Shown: positions 16,955 through 26,722 of the stretch, piece by piece
Layout: the number at the start of each line of letters is the position of its first letter
Position numbering within the stretch: the stretch's first letter is position 1
Source of the DNA: Tolypothrix carrinoi HA7290-LM1
Lineage (GTDB): Bacteria; Cyanobacteriota; Cyanobacteriia; Cyanobacteriales; Nostocaceae
Reading direction: 5' to 3'
DNA length: 29,082 nt
Assembly: GCA_019358935.1 (NCBI GenBank)
Contig: JAHHIK010000103.1
Span: forward strand, 1 to 29,082
The notes under the pieces: generated by a model
Told to the model about the DNA's origin: nothing
Databases searched by the model: none
What the model saw: the letters and a program-made list of their open reading frames with translations, nothing else
Program-made: the position numbers and the translations under genes

Positions 16955-19201
16955 TTAAGGCTTAATGCTATCCTCAAAATATTCTATTTTGTTTAGTAGA
17001 TGTATTGCTGATTCACAAGCTTCTTCAAAAAGTTGATTTTGCTCTTGGGGATTTTCTACCAAATTGTCTGCTAGCGATCGCAAAGAACTAAGGATGTCAT
17101 TGAGAATTGTCCGAAACTCTTTAGAGAAATGAGTTAAGATTTCACTATCAATAGTTTCACCGTAATTTTTTGATGTAAATGATACAGGTTGGTATTTGAT
17201 TTGCAGGTTAGCAATATCGTCAAAAACATCAACAGCGTTGAGAATTATAAAAGCAGATTTGTAAGATTCTGCAATTAGTTCTTGACGCTCTTGGGGATTG
17301 TCTACCATATCATCAAGTATTAAGCGCAAGAAACCAATCGTAGAATTAAGACGCGATCGCATTTCATGAGAAATCCGAATCAAGCTTTGATGAGGTTTGG
17401 TCTTCACTTCCGAGCGATCGCTAAATTGCATCGAGTACAAACGCGAATAGTAGCCATTCTTGCTTAACAGTTCTTCATGATTTCCTACCTCAACAACACG
17501 TCCTTGATCTAAAACAGCAATTTGATGAGCTTTTTGGACTGTGGAAAGTCGGTGTGCAATTACTAAAGTAGTGCGATCGCGACTGAGATCGTCAATTGCA
17601 GCTTGTACCAAACGTTCAGAAACGGTATCTAAAGCGCTGGTAGCTTCATCGAGAATGAGAATTTCCGGGTTTTGCAGTAATGCACGAGCGATCGCTAATC
17701 TTTGTCTTTGTCCACCAGATAACATCACACCGCGATCGCCAATCATCGTTTCCAATCCCTGAGGCAATTTGCTGATAAACTCATAAGCATTTGCCCTTTG
17801 CGCTGCTGCAATAACTTCATCTTCTGTAGCTTCTGGTTTTCCGTAAGCTATATTATTTCGCACCGAATCATTGAAGAGAAATGTATCTTGACTAACAATT
17901 CCCATCGCTTTCCGTAAAGACGTAATATCAAAGTCGCGCAGGTCAGTTTTATCAATCGTAATACTGCCAGATATCGGGTCATAAAATCTTGGTAAAAGGT
18001 CTGCAAGCGTTGACTTACCCGCACCCGAACCACCTACTAAAGCTAAAGTAGTACCACGCGGTAAAAATAAATCGACATCCTTCAACACCAACTTTTCTTG
18101 ATTCGGGTAAGAAAATGTGATGTTATGAAAATGCACTCCTTCCTCTAATTTTGTGTAGTTTAACTCACCCCTCTTCATTAAAGGTTTATTATCCAGTCGT
18201 AAAAACTCTGTCACCATATCTACACTACCAGCGGTATTCGCAAAAGCACTGCGGACAGTATTTAACTGAGAAATTAACGGCAGAAGTCGCAAAAGCACTA
18301 ATAAATATGTAAAAATAACCGCTGAAAGTGACGCAATTTGTGATGCGAAAAAGGTGCGGCTCAAAAACACAATTAGTAGCAAAGCCGTAATTCCCATCAC
18401 CTCACTAACTGGTGCGATTATCTCTGAATTAGCCTGGGATTGGTACTCTGCTTTTTCGCGATCGCGAATTAGTTTTTTAATTCTTTGATATTCCTTCTCT
18501 TCATTACCAGTTGCCTTGACTAAGCGAATTCCACTCAAAGTTTCTAGTGTACTGACTGAATAAGCTTTAGACATCTCTGACAATTGCTGACCAAAATTTT
18601 TGGAACGACCTATAGCATACTGATTAATTAGCATTACCAAAGACAGCAAAAACGTAGCAGCAATTGTCAATTGCCAAGAAATTGATAACAAAAAGCCAAC
18701 AAAAACTAAAATTGTAATTCCGAGAATAACTAATTTAACTGCATTCCCTATAGCACTAGCAGCACGGGCAATTTCTCCACCAAGACGATTGATTAAATCA
18801 CCAACTTTCATCTTGGCATAATAATCTATGTCAATTTCTAGTAATAACTTTACTCCCGCTTCTCGCATATCCGAGGTCAGCATTCGCGTTAAAGTACTAG
18901 ATGCTAACGTACTAGCATAAGTTGCACCATTTTTTAAAATAATTGTCAATATAATTGCCCCTGCCATCAACGGTAATCTGTAACTTTCCGATACCTTATC
19001 AAACGGATACATAATTACTTTGAGAATACCAGGAGCGCTGGTTAAATTCACTTCTTGTCCGACGATTTTTAAAATCACTGGTACAATTAGTGCTGTACTT
19101 ATCCCATTAAATAAAGCTCCAGAAAACCCCAAGATTATTGTTATAATAATCCAGCCAGGATAAGGTTTAGCAAATTTGATTAGTAGCTTATTGCCCAACA
19201 T
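16955..19201 (-). CDS. ABC exporter (TM + ATPase, HepA/MsbA-like) with a C-terminal tandem HisKA-like extension
   Basis: Walker A GGSGAGKST, signature LSGGQRQR, Walker B ILILDEAT. Extra ~150 aa with 'SHEMRSRLNSTIGF'. Start may be 19201 (MLGNK) or 19267. Confidence 0.9.
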   Translation of the reverse strand: MLGNKLLIKFAKPYPGWIIITIILGFSGALFNGISTALIVPVILKIVGQEVNLTSAPGILKVIMYPFDKVSESYRLPLMAGAIILTIILKNGATYASTLASSTLTRMLTSDMREAGVKLLLEIDIDYYAKMKVGDLINRLGGEIARAASAIGNAVKLVILGITILVFVGFLLSISWQLTIAATFLLSLVMLINQYAIGRSKNFGQQLSEMSKAYSVSTLETLSGIRLVKATGNEEKEYQRIKKLIRDREKAEYQSQANSEIIAPVSEVMGITALLLIVFLSRTFFASQIASLSAVIFTYLLVLLRLLPLISQLNTVRSAFANTAGSVDMVTEFLRLDNKPLMKRGELNYTKLEEGVHFHNITFSYPNQEKLVLKDVDLFLPRGTTLALVGGSGAGKSTLADLLPRFYDPISGSITIDKTDLRDFDITSLRKAMGIVSQDTFLFNDSVRNNIAYGKPEATEDEVIAAAQRANAYEFISKLPQGLETMIGDRGVMLSGGQRQRLAIARALLQNPEILILDEATSALDTVSERLVQAAIDDLSRDRTTLVIAHRLSTVQKAHQIAVLDQGRVVEVGNHEELLSKNGYYSRLYSMQFSDRSEVKTKPHQSLIRISHEMRSRLNSTIGFLRLILDDMVDNPQERQELIAESYKSAFIILNAVDVFDDIANLQIKYQPVSFTSKNYGETIDSEILTHFSKEFRTILNDILSSLRSLADNLVENPQEQNQLFEEACESAIHLLNKIEYFEDSIKP

Positions 19202-19273
19202 ACTGTATGTATTTACTTTAATAATATTACGTTTTAATAATACCGTGAATGACACTTGTACATCCATGCACTA

Positions 19274-20473
19274 CTATATCTGTTGCATGATGTTTCCTAA
19301 GGTAGTTGTCATTGCATCAATACTGTAGTATTCCACACATCTTTCTCTGGCTAGCTTTCCTCGCTCATTTGCTTCATCTAAATGCTGGAATATGTATTGA
19401 ATTTTTTCGGCTATTTCAAGAGGGCAACTTGGCTCAACTAGATAACCAGTTTCACCTAAAATATCAGGAATATCTCCTACCCGTGTTGCTAAAACTGGCT
19501 TTGCCATTGCCATTCCATCGGTTAATTTCAATGGAAACTGAGCTAAAGCTGCTGGGGTATTTCGCTGGGGAACAACAATAACGTGCGCTGCTGCCACAAT
19601 TGCAGGCATTTCTGAAGATGGATGCTTTGGTAATTTAATTATCCAACGTCCCCATTTTTCGGTGAGTTCAGCATCATAATTATCATAAGGACTGCCACCG
19701 ACAATCACCAGTCTTAAATCTGGCTGATTTAGTTTATCTAGCGCGATCAATACATCTTCAACACCTTTGTATGGTCTTGGCGCACCAGGAAACATTAAAA
19801 TGCGATAGCCATTAAGTCCATAACGTGTTCTACTTTCTTTAGGATCGTAGCGATCGGGATTAAATAAACTAGTGTCTTTACCATTGGGCAAATAAAAGCC
19901 ACCAAATCGCTCTTTTAAAAAGTGGGTGTGAATTGTAATGGCATTAGCATTTTGTGCCATCCCTTCAACCCACTTTAAATAAAGCGGATGATCCGGATAT
20001 CTCAATGCACCATCTGATTTAAAAATGTCTCTAGCAAATTGCTTAATTGAAGGGCGATATTGCCACTTATCGCCACCATGCCAACTTAGCTCCCAGTCGT
20101 CTATATCTAAAATTAGAGGTCGATGATTATTTAATTTTTTTAGCAAAGATAAACCGAAGGTTGTTGGTTTCGGTCGCATTGCATAAATAATATCACCATC
20201 AAGTTTTTTCAGAAGCTGAGAAGCTGATACTATAAATTTTGGATAGTTGTAGCCAACAAAGCTACTAACTGGAATTTCCGATTGAGGAATCACTGCTGGC
20301 TCGTCGCCAAAAACAAATCCTAAAATTTCTACTTGATATTGAAGCTTTTGGAGTGCTTGAGCTAGTAAAAATGAACGAACACCTCCACCTCCCCACCTTC
20401 CAGCTCCAGCGCTCGATAGGTCACTGACAAGTATGGAAACTTTCAATTGAGTTTTGCTTTGCTGTAAACTCAC
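19274..20473 (-). CDS. Glycosyltransferase family 4 (GT-B)
   Basis: 'GAPRPYKGVED' and 'PLKLTDGMAMAKPVLATRVGDIPDI'. Confidence 0.9.
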   Translation of the reverse strand: MSLQQSKTQLKVSILVSDLSSAGAGRWGGGGVRSFLLAQALQKLQYQVEILGFVFGDEPAVIPQSEIPVSSFVGYNYPKFIVSASQLLKKLDGDIIYAMRPKPTTFGLSLLKKLNNHRPLILDIDDWELSWHGGDKWQYRPSIKQFARDIFKSDGALRYPDHPLYLKWVEGMAQNANAITIHTHFLKERFGGFYLPNGKDTSLFNPDRYDPKESRTRYGLNGYRILMFPGAPRPYKGVEDVLIALDKLNQPDLRLVIVGGSPYDNYDAELTEKWGRWIIKLPKHPSSEMPAIVAAAHVIVVPQRNTPAALAQFPLKLTDGMAMAKPVLATRVGDIPDILGETGYLVEPSCPLEIAEKIQYIFQHLDEANERGKLARERCVEYYSIDAMTTTLGNIMQQI

Positions 20474-20906
20474 AAGACTTTGCTGTTGTTAATGTGTGCA
20501 AAAAAGTAGTAGATTCATCACACCCTTGTTTTAAAAGTAACACTTAAATATTGGTGATACGGGATGTAAAGATTTTATGTTACTTGCAATCCGAAAAATC
20601 AAAATCAATCTAACCTTACATCTGCTACCATTTCAATAGAAAATTCACGGATAAATCAAACTTATTTTGCTTATATATGATAAATAATCAGTAAAATCAC
20701 GGTAGGCAGTCATAAAAATATTATATTATTGCTATTTCTGACGATGAGCAATATTTATTAATACTTATTTACATCCATCGTTTTAATTCTTTTATTTACA
20801 TCCAATAGACTGATTACTTGTTATTAAAAGTAACGATCAATGTGGCATATTAACTTTTTTAGTGTTGACTTCTAAATAGATAAATAGCCACAATTATCTA
20901 CGGATG

Positions 20907-21134
20907 CTACCAGTCAATTAATTTTAGCTGACCTGTCTGGATACAATCAAATACGCGATTAATTTGGCGACGGTTTACTTCGCTGACATTACCTTCAGCA
21001 AGTACGGTAGAGGTAAGCAGGATATGGTCTTGACGACTCATCTTTCCTGAGCGGAGAATTCGATCTACAATCTTTTTCACAGTTAATTTACATTGATTAT
21101 TAATGTCTGTGTACGTAGAATTTTGGTAATTCAT
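20907..21134 (-). CDS. Small hypothetical protein (75 aa)
   Basis: ATG at 21134 (MNYQN) has GGAGGA upstream and is preferred over the 21236 start. Helical, ends 'GQLKLIDW'. Confidence 0.65.
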   Translation of the reverse strand: MNYQNSTYTDINNQCKLTVKKIVDRILRSGKMSRQDHILLTSTVLAEGNVSEVNRRQINRVFDCIQTGQLKLIDW

Positions 21135-21498
21135 ATTCCTCCGGTTGGATGCCAAAAAAAGAAATGGTAGTATTTGCTCACCCTTTTTTTGCAAAAGGGA
21201 ACTGTATAGAAATTGAAAGATTTTGAAAACTAACAACTCAGAGCAAATATGTATGATTTTTGGAAATACTCAGACTTGTTCGTATCTTGACAAACACGAT
21301 AACAATATAAATTTCACTTTGCATACTCTTTACAAAGGAATTCTGTCTAAAGATGTAGATAAGATATTTCCAATTAAATACGGTTGACAAAATAGATATT
21401 ATATGCATAAAAATTTATAATTAAAAAATAGTTAATATACTTTGTGAAGGTAGACCTGTCGCTGCTAACTGAAACATAGGATGAGGGAGGCTATTGTC

Positions 21499-22272
21499 AT
21501 GCAGGTATTTCGTCTTGAGGCATTATCAGACAATTACATCTTTCTGCTTTTCGAGCCAAAGCAAAATATCGCTGCTGTAGTCGATCCGGCGGAGGCTGAA
21601 CCAGTATTAAAGCAACTTGCTAAACTAAACGCTAAGTTGGTGGCGATTTTTAACACGCACCATCATCAGGATCATGTTGGTGGCAATAAACACTTAATGC
21701 AAAAATTTCCGGATGTGACGGTTTATGCTGGAGCCGAGGATCGGGGGAGAATACCAGGACAGCAAGTGTTTCTTGTAGAAGGTTCCCACGTTCAGTTTGC
21801 AGACAGAATCGGGGAAGTTGTCTTTGTTCCCGGACATACCCGCGCTCACATCGCTTACTATTTTCCCCCAGCGCAATCGAGTGAAACGGGGGAGTTATTC
21901 TGCGGTGATACGCTGTTTGCTGGGGGTTGCGGTCGCTTATTTGAAGGAACTCCTACACAAATGGTGGATTCTCTGAGTAAACTACGCTCTCTACCGGATG
22001 ATACCCGTGTTTGGTGTGCCCACGAATACACTTTAAAAAATCTTCAATTTGCGCTGACTGTAGATACAGAGAACGCCGATTTACAAAATAGATATGATGA
22101 AGTGAAGGCTTACCGCAGTCGGGGAGAAGCTACTGTTCCTTCGCTACTGGGGGTGGAGAAGCGGACAAATCCCTTTTTACGTTGGGAGCAGCCGACGTTA
22201 CAATCATCTGTTAAGAGTAGCGACCCAGTACAAACCTTTGCGCGTTTGCGGGGGATGAAGGATAAATTTTAA
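21499..22272 (+). CDS. gloB: Hydroxyacylglutathione hydrolase (glyoxalase II)
   Basis: 'DNYIF', [11 protein letters not shown] metallo-beta-lactamase motif, 'PGHT', 'FCGDTLF', 'CAHEYT'. GGGAGG RBS before ATG 21499. Confidence 0.95.
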   Translation: MQVFRLEALSDNYIFLLFEPKQNIAAVVDPAEAEPVLKQLAKLNAKLVAIFNTHHHQDHVGGNKHLMQKFPDVTVYAGAEDRGRIPGQQVFLVEGSHVQFADRIGEVVFVPGHTRAHIAYYFPPAQSSETGELFCGDTLFAGGCGRLFEGTPTQMVDSLSKLRSLPDDTRVWCAHEYTLKNLQFALTVDTENADLQNRYDEVKAYRSRGEATVPSLLGVEKRTNPFLRWEQPTLQSSVKSSDPVQTFARLRGMKDKF

Positions 22273-22274
22273 GA

Positions 22275-22370
22275 GGGGTTAGGGGTTAGGGGTTAGTTGT
22301 TAGTGGTTAGTTGTTGGTGGATAGTTGTTAGTGGTTAGTTGTTGGTGGATAGTTGTTACTTGTTGGTGGG
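22275..22370. repeat. Heptamer STRR run (GGGGTTA / GTTGTTA / GTGGATA)
   Basis: Direct tandem heptamers after gloB. Confidence 0.85.
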
Positions 22371-22583
22371 AGCGTGGTCATCTTTGAAGCACTCACAGAT
22401 TAAGGACTGGTGAAGTTTCTTGTGGCTAATGGTTGCGATCGCACCCTACATGAAGCTAGGATCTGTAGGCTTTAAGCTTTATGCTCCGATTAGCTTGTGG
22501 GAACACAGCTACAAATCATGTGAGTTATCCTGCCCAAAGCTAAGATGTGAGAGATTTTACCGGAAAAAGAGAAACGAAAAACG

Positions 22584-23042
22584 ATGGCGAAACGCATACA
22601 GTTAGTTTTAAACCAAGATGTCAACAAGCTGGGAAAATCTGGTGACTTAGTAGAAGTTGCTCCTGGCTATGCTCGCAATTATCTGATTCCACAGAAGTTG
22701 GCAATTAATGCTACTCCTGGTATTCTAAAGCAAGTTGAACGCCGTCGCGAGGTGGAACGTCAGCGGCAATTAGAACTCAAGCAACAAGCGCTTGAACAAA
22801 AAGCAGCTTTGGAAAAAGTTGCTAGCTTGAGAATTGCCAAGCAAGTTGGTGAAGGTGAAGCGATTTTCGGTACTGTCACTACTCAAGAAGTTGCTGATGC
22901 AATTAAAGAAAGTGCAGGACTAGAAGTAGATCGGCGCGGTATTACTATACCTGATATTAGCCAAACAGGTACTTATAAAGCTGAAATTAAGCTGCATTCG
23001 GAAGTAACCGCGCAAATCGATATTGAAGTCGTATCTAACTAA
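22584..23042 (+). CDS. rplI: 50S ribosomal protein L9
   Basis: '[21 protein letters not shown]' and 'IFGTVT'. Usual rplI-dnaB order. Confidence 0.98.
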   Translation: MAKRIQLVLNQDVNKLGKSGDLVEVAPGYARNYLIPQKLAINATPGILKQVERRREVERQRQLELKQQALEQKAALEKVASLRIAKQVGEGEAIFGTVTTQEVADAIKESAGLEVDRRGITIPDISQTGTYKAEIKLHSEVTAQIDIEVVSN

Positions 23043-23058
23043 CAGCTTTTTGATTTTA

Positions 23059-23101
23059 AACCACAGATACACACTTTGTTAATTTGTGTTGGTCTGTGGT
23101 T
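23059..23101 (+). terminator. Imperfect hairpin after rplI
   Basis: AACCACAGA...TCTGTGGTT arms. Confidence 0.4.
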
Positions 23102-23172
23102 CTAAAGTTTGCTGTTGAATGTTTAGCAAATTGTCGCGCTTGTAAGTGGGTGAAATTAAACTTAAAACGTAG

Positions 23173-23335
23173 TGAGCGGTTTACCCAACGGGAGAGCCAG
23201 TCGCTCATGGGGAGCCAGTGCGTTGGGCGGCTCTGCCGACTTGAAGCACCTGGCGTGGAAACCACGGCAGGTGCTTCAACGGAGGGAACCTCCGCAACGC
23301 ACTGCCTCCCCAAGACCGCGCTGGCTCACCGCTCA
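23173..23335. mobile_element. Nested small dispersed hairpin repeats (two 45-bp inner copies inside an outer copy)
   Basis: Inner elements 23212-23256 (+) and 23264-23308 (-) are related and inverted. Outer arms GAGCCAG...CTGGCTC. Flanking TGAGCGGT/ACCGCTCA. Confidence 0.7.
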
Positions 23336-23423
23336 AATCTTCGTTTTTAAGGGCTGGAGCCGCTTACTACTATTAAAAGGGATTTTGAGATATAAAATCC
23401 CCAATTTATATATAAGATTATTT

Positions 23424-26066
23424 ATGGCTGAAGAACTAAGTTTTCAAGGTGATGGAAGCGATCGCTTACCACCCCAAAACATCGAAGCGGAAGAAGCGAT
23501 TTTGGGGGGAATTTTATTAGATCCTGAAGCGATCGGACGAGTTAGCGAAAGTCTTATTCCAGAAGCTTTTTATATTAGCGCTCATAAAGACATTTATCAA
23601 GCAGCGCTGCGTCTCCACGCTCAACATAAACCCACGGATTTGCTGGCGGTGATCAATTGGCTAGCTGACCATGATATGCTTGCCCGCATTGGTGGCAGAA
23701 ATAAATTAGCCTCTCTTGTAGATCGCACCGTTTCCGCTGTTAACATCGACGCTTTAGCATCGCTAGTAACAGAAAAATATCTGCGGCGTCAGTTAATTAA
23801 AACTGGTAATGAAATTGTCCATCTCGGTTTCCAGACAGAAACCGAATTACCAATAGTTTTCGATCAAGCAGAACAGAAAGTTTTCAACGTAACACAAGAA
23901 CGTCCGCAATCAGGTTTAATTCACATTGAGGACATTTTAATTAATGCTTTTCAGGATATTGAAGATCGTAATAAAGGTGTAGCTTTACCGGGTATTCCCT
24001 GCGGATTTTATGATTTAGATGCGATGACAACCGGCTTTCAGCGTTCTGATTTAATCATTGTCGCTGGCAGACCGTCAATGGGAAAAACGGCTTTCTGTCT
24101 CAATCTAGCTCATAATGTTGCTACTTCTTATAAATTACCCGTTGCTTTTTTCAGTTTAGAAATGTCAAAAGAGCAATTGGTACAGCGGTTATTAGCTAGC
24201 GAAGCGCAAATTGAAAGTGGTTATTTGCGGAGTGGACGCATTAGCCAAACTCAGTGGGAATCTTTAAGCCGTGCTATTGGTATCCTCTCAGAAATGCCAA
24301 TTTATATTGACGATACGCCGAATATTACAGTTACACAAATGCGGAGTCAAGCGCGACGTTTGCAAGCAGAACAGGGAACAGAATTAGGATTAATTGTCAT
24401 AGATTACTTGCAATTAATGGAAGGTGCCGGCGATAATCGCGTACAAGAATTATCTAAAATTACGCGCAATCTCAAAGGTTTAGCTCGTGAATTAAGTGTG
24501 CCAGTTATTGCTTTATCTCAGCTAAGTAGAGGTGTGGAAGCGCGTACTAATAAGCGTCCGATGTTGTCTGATTTGAGAGAATCGGGTTGCTTAACAGGTA
24601 ATACTCTGGTAACACTTGCTAGTAGTGGAATCCGTGTTCCAATTAGAGAACTAGTAGGTAAGTCTGGCTTTGAAGTCTGGGCATTAAATGAAACAACACT
24701 AAAGCTTCAAGCTGCTACTGTAAATAGTGCTTTTTCAACTGGTAAAAAACCTGTCTTTAAGCTCACAACTCAATTAGGTCGATCTATTCGAGCTACTGGA
24801 AATCACAAATTTTTAACTATCCAAGGATGGAAGAGGTTAGACGACTGTAAGCTAGGTGATAGGTTGGCAATACCTCGTCATATTGGCAGTTCGTCATATC
24901 AGACAATGACTCATCCTCAATTGGCACTTCTTGGACATCTGATTGGGGATGGATGTACTTTACCCCGTCATACTATCCAATACACAACTAGAGAGGAAGA
25001 TTTAGCTAAGATAGTTACTTCTCTTTCTCTTGAAGTATTTGGTGATGCCATCTGTCCAAGAGTGAACAGAGAAAGAAATTGGTATCAAGTTTATCTTACG
25101 TCTAGTCAACGCTTGACTCATAAAATTAGAAATCCTATTGCTCAATGGCTAGATTCTATGAGCATATTCGGATTAAGGTCTTACGAAAAATTTGTTCCCG
25201 ATCAAGTCTTTGAACAACCCCAGGAAGCGATCGCACTTTTCCTGCGTCATTTATGGAGTACTGACGGTTGTATTAAGTTAGTGTCAGGTAAATCATGCAG
25301 CCCTGTTGCTTATTATGCTAGCAGCAGTGAGAGATTAGCTATAGATGTACAATCACTTTTATTAAGGGTTGGTATTAATGCTAGGTTAAAAATGATTCCA
25401 CAGTTAGGTAAAGGTCGAAATCAATATCATGTAACTGTAACAGGTAAACCTGACATAGAATTATTTGCTCAAAAAATTGGGGCGGTAGGAAATTATAAAA
25501 ACCAGTCTCTACAACAAATTGTCGAGCATATTCAAACCCGTGTTTCTAATACTAACAGGGATGTAATACCAACAGAAGTTTGGAGAATGCATGTTGTTCC
25601 GGCGATGCAGTTAGCTGGTATCACAACACGGCAAATGCAAGCATCTCTTGAGATGTCATATTGTGGAACATCTCTTTATAAATCTAACTTGAGCCGTGAA
25701 CGAGCGTTAAGAGTCTCTGAAGTTGTTAAATCAAGTGATATGGCTATTTTGTCTAACAGCGATATTTACTGGGATGAGATAGCATCGATTGAATCTGATG
25801 GAAGCGAGGAAGTTTTTGATTTAACAGTTCCAGGCTTGCATAACTTTGTTGCTAACAACATTGTGGTTCATAATTCCATTGAGCAAGATGCCGATTTAGT
25901 TATTATGCTTTATCGAGATGAATATTATACGCCAGATACACCCGATCGCGGTGTGGCTGAAGTGATAATTGCTAAACACCGCAATGGTCCCACAGGAACT
26001 GTCAAACTTTTGTTTGACCCGCAGTTTACTAAGTTTAAAAATTTAGCTAAACCAAGTCACTATTAA
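23424..26066 (+). CDS. dnaB: Replicative DNA helicase DnaB with intein
   Basis: 'LPPQNIEAEEAILG', Walker A GRPSMGKT, 'IDYLQL', 'LSQLSR', 'DLRESG|SIEQDAD'. True start MAEELSF at 23424. Confidence 0.97.
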   Translation: MAEELSFQGDGSDRLPPQNIEAEEAILGGILLDPEAIGRVSESLIPEAFYISAHKDIYQAALRLHAQHKPTDLLAVINWLADHDMLARIGGRNKLASLVDRTVSAVNIDALASLVTEKYLRRQLIKTGNEIVHLGFQTETELPIVFDQAEQKVFNVTQERPQSGLIHIEDILINAFQDIEDRNKGVALPGIPCGFYDLDAMTTGFQRSDLIIVAGRPSMGKTAFCLNLAHNVATSYKLPVAFFSLEMSKEQLVQRLLASEAQIESGYLRSGRISQTQWESLSRAIGILSEMPIYIDDTPNITVTQMRSQARRLQAEQGTELGLIVIDYLQLMEGAGDNRVQELSKITRNLKGLARELSVPVIALSQLSRGVEARTNKRPMLSDLRESGCLTGNTLVTLASSGIRVPIRELVGKSGFEVWALNETTLKLQAATVNSAFSTGKKPVFKLTTQLGRSIRATGNHKFLTIQGWKRLDDCKLGDRLAIPRHIGSSSYQTMTHPQLALLGHLIGDGCTLPRHTIQYTTREEDLAKIVTSLSLEVFGDAICPRVNRERNWYQVYLTSSQRLTHKIRNPIAQWLDSMSIFGLRSYEKFVPDQVFEQPQEAIALFLRHLWSTDGCIKLVSGKSCSPVAYYASSSERLAIDVQSLLLRVGINARLKMIPQLGKGRNQYHVTVTGKPDIELFAQKIGAVGNYKNQSLQQIVEHIQTRVSNTNRDVIPTEVWRMHVVPAMQLAGITTRQMQASLEMSYCGTSLYKSNLSRERALRVSEVVKSSDMAILSNSDIYWDEIASIESDGSEEVFDLTVPGLHNFVANNIVVHNSIEQDADLVIMLYRDEYYTPDTPDRGVAEVIIAKHRNGPTGTVKLLFDPQFTKFKNLAKPSHY
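24588..25874 (+). mobile_element. DnaB intein (429 aa) with LAGLIDADG homing endonuclease
   Basis: Starts CLTGNT after RESG, block B 'ATGNHKFLT', endonuclease motifs 'LLGHLIGDG' and 'FLRHLWSTDG', ends VVHN before Ser. Confidence 0.95.
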
Positions 26067-26171
26067 TTGCGGTAAAAAGAATTAATCATAAAAATGCCTA
26101 GCACCTTGGTTGAACACTAAGAGTGTTGTTATAACAAGGTTAAAGCTGTAAATAAACTAAAAGTAGAAATC

Positions 26172-26439
26172 ATGAATATCCAACTAAAACCTGAACTAGA
26201 GCAAATTATCCAAGCGCAAATTGCTACAGGTAGATACAAAGGATGCCGAAGAAGTACTTAGTAAAGCCTTGAAGCTGCTATTAGACTGGGAAAAAGGTTA
26301 TCAGCAGTGGGTAGAAGAAACACGACAAAAAGTTGAGGTTGCGATTGTTCAGTTGGATAGAAAAGAAGGTATTGATGGGGAAGTTGTAGTTGAGCAACTA
26401 CGAGAAAAATTGCGTAAAGCGAGAGAAAAGCAAGGATGA
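26172..26439 (+). pseudogene. ParD-like antitoxin with a +1 frameshift
   Basis: MNIQLKPELEQIIQAQIATGRYK continues as DAEEVLSKAL...GIDGEVV only after a +1 shift at TACAAAGGATGCC (about 26235-26247). Confidence 0.75.
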
Positions 26440-26646
26440 AACAACATATTATCTCTCCAGAAGCAAGCCAAGATTTAGAAGAAATTATTGATTATTTTGC
26501 TAGTATAAATATTGATGCTGGAGAGCGTTTTGTTGATGAGTTTGATAAAAAGTGTAAATATTTAGCTAATTTTCCCAAGAAGTGAAGTTCAAATTGTGCG
26601 CGTAATTAGTGGTTATCGAAATTTAGAGTCTTTATTTAGAGAATGA
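26436..26646 (+). pseudogene. ParE/RelE-like toxin with an internal deletion
   Basis: MKQHIISPEASQDLEEIIDY...LANFPKK* followed out of frame by EVQIVRVISGYRNLESLF. The central part is missing. ATGA overlap with the antitoxin. Confidence 0.75.
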
Positions 26647-26669
26647 TACGAGTAAGTTGTTGATTAAAG

Positions 26670-26722
26670 GTTAGTAGTTGGTTGAATTTCCTACCAACTA
26701 CTAACAACTAACTACTATCCAC
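26670..26722. repeat. Inverted heptamer repeats forming a hairpin between convergent genes
   Basis: GTTAGTAGTTGGT...ACCAACTACTAAC followed by further (A/T)ACTAAC units. Confidence 0.6.

Noticed and set aside
21287..21415. Sigma70 promoters from TTGACA at 21287 and 21384
   Set aside because: No convincing -10 hexamer at 16-18 bp spacing in AT-rich DNA.
23173..23335. tRNA, riboswitch or other known ncRNA
   Set aside because: No cloverleaf or recognisable aptamer. The structure is explained by nested repeats.
23056..23423. N-terminal extension of DnaB from 23172 and ORFs 23056..23313 and 23084..23350
   Set aside because: Open frames come from GC-rich nested repeats. DnaB similarity starts at ATG 23424.
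26221..26439. 72-aa ORF as an intact gene
   Set aside because: It is the post-frameshift part of the ParD-like pseudogene.
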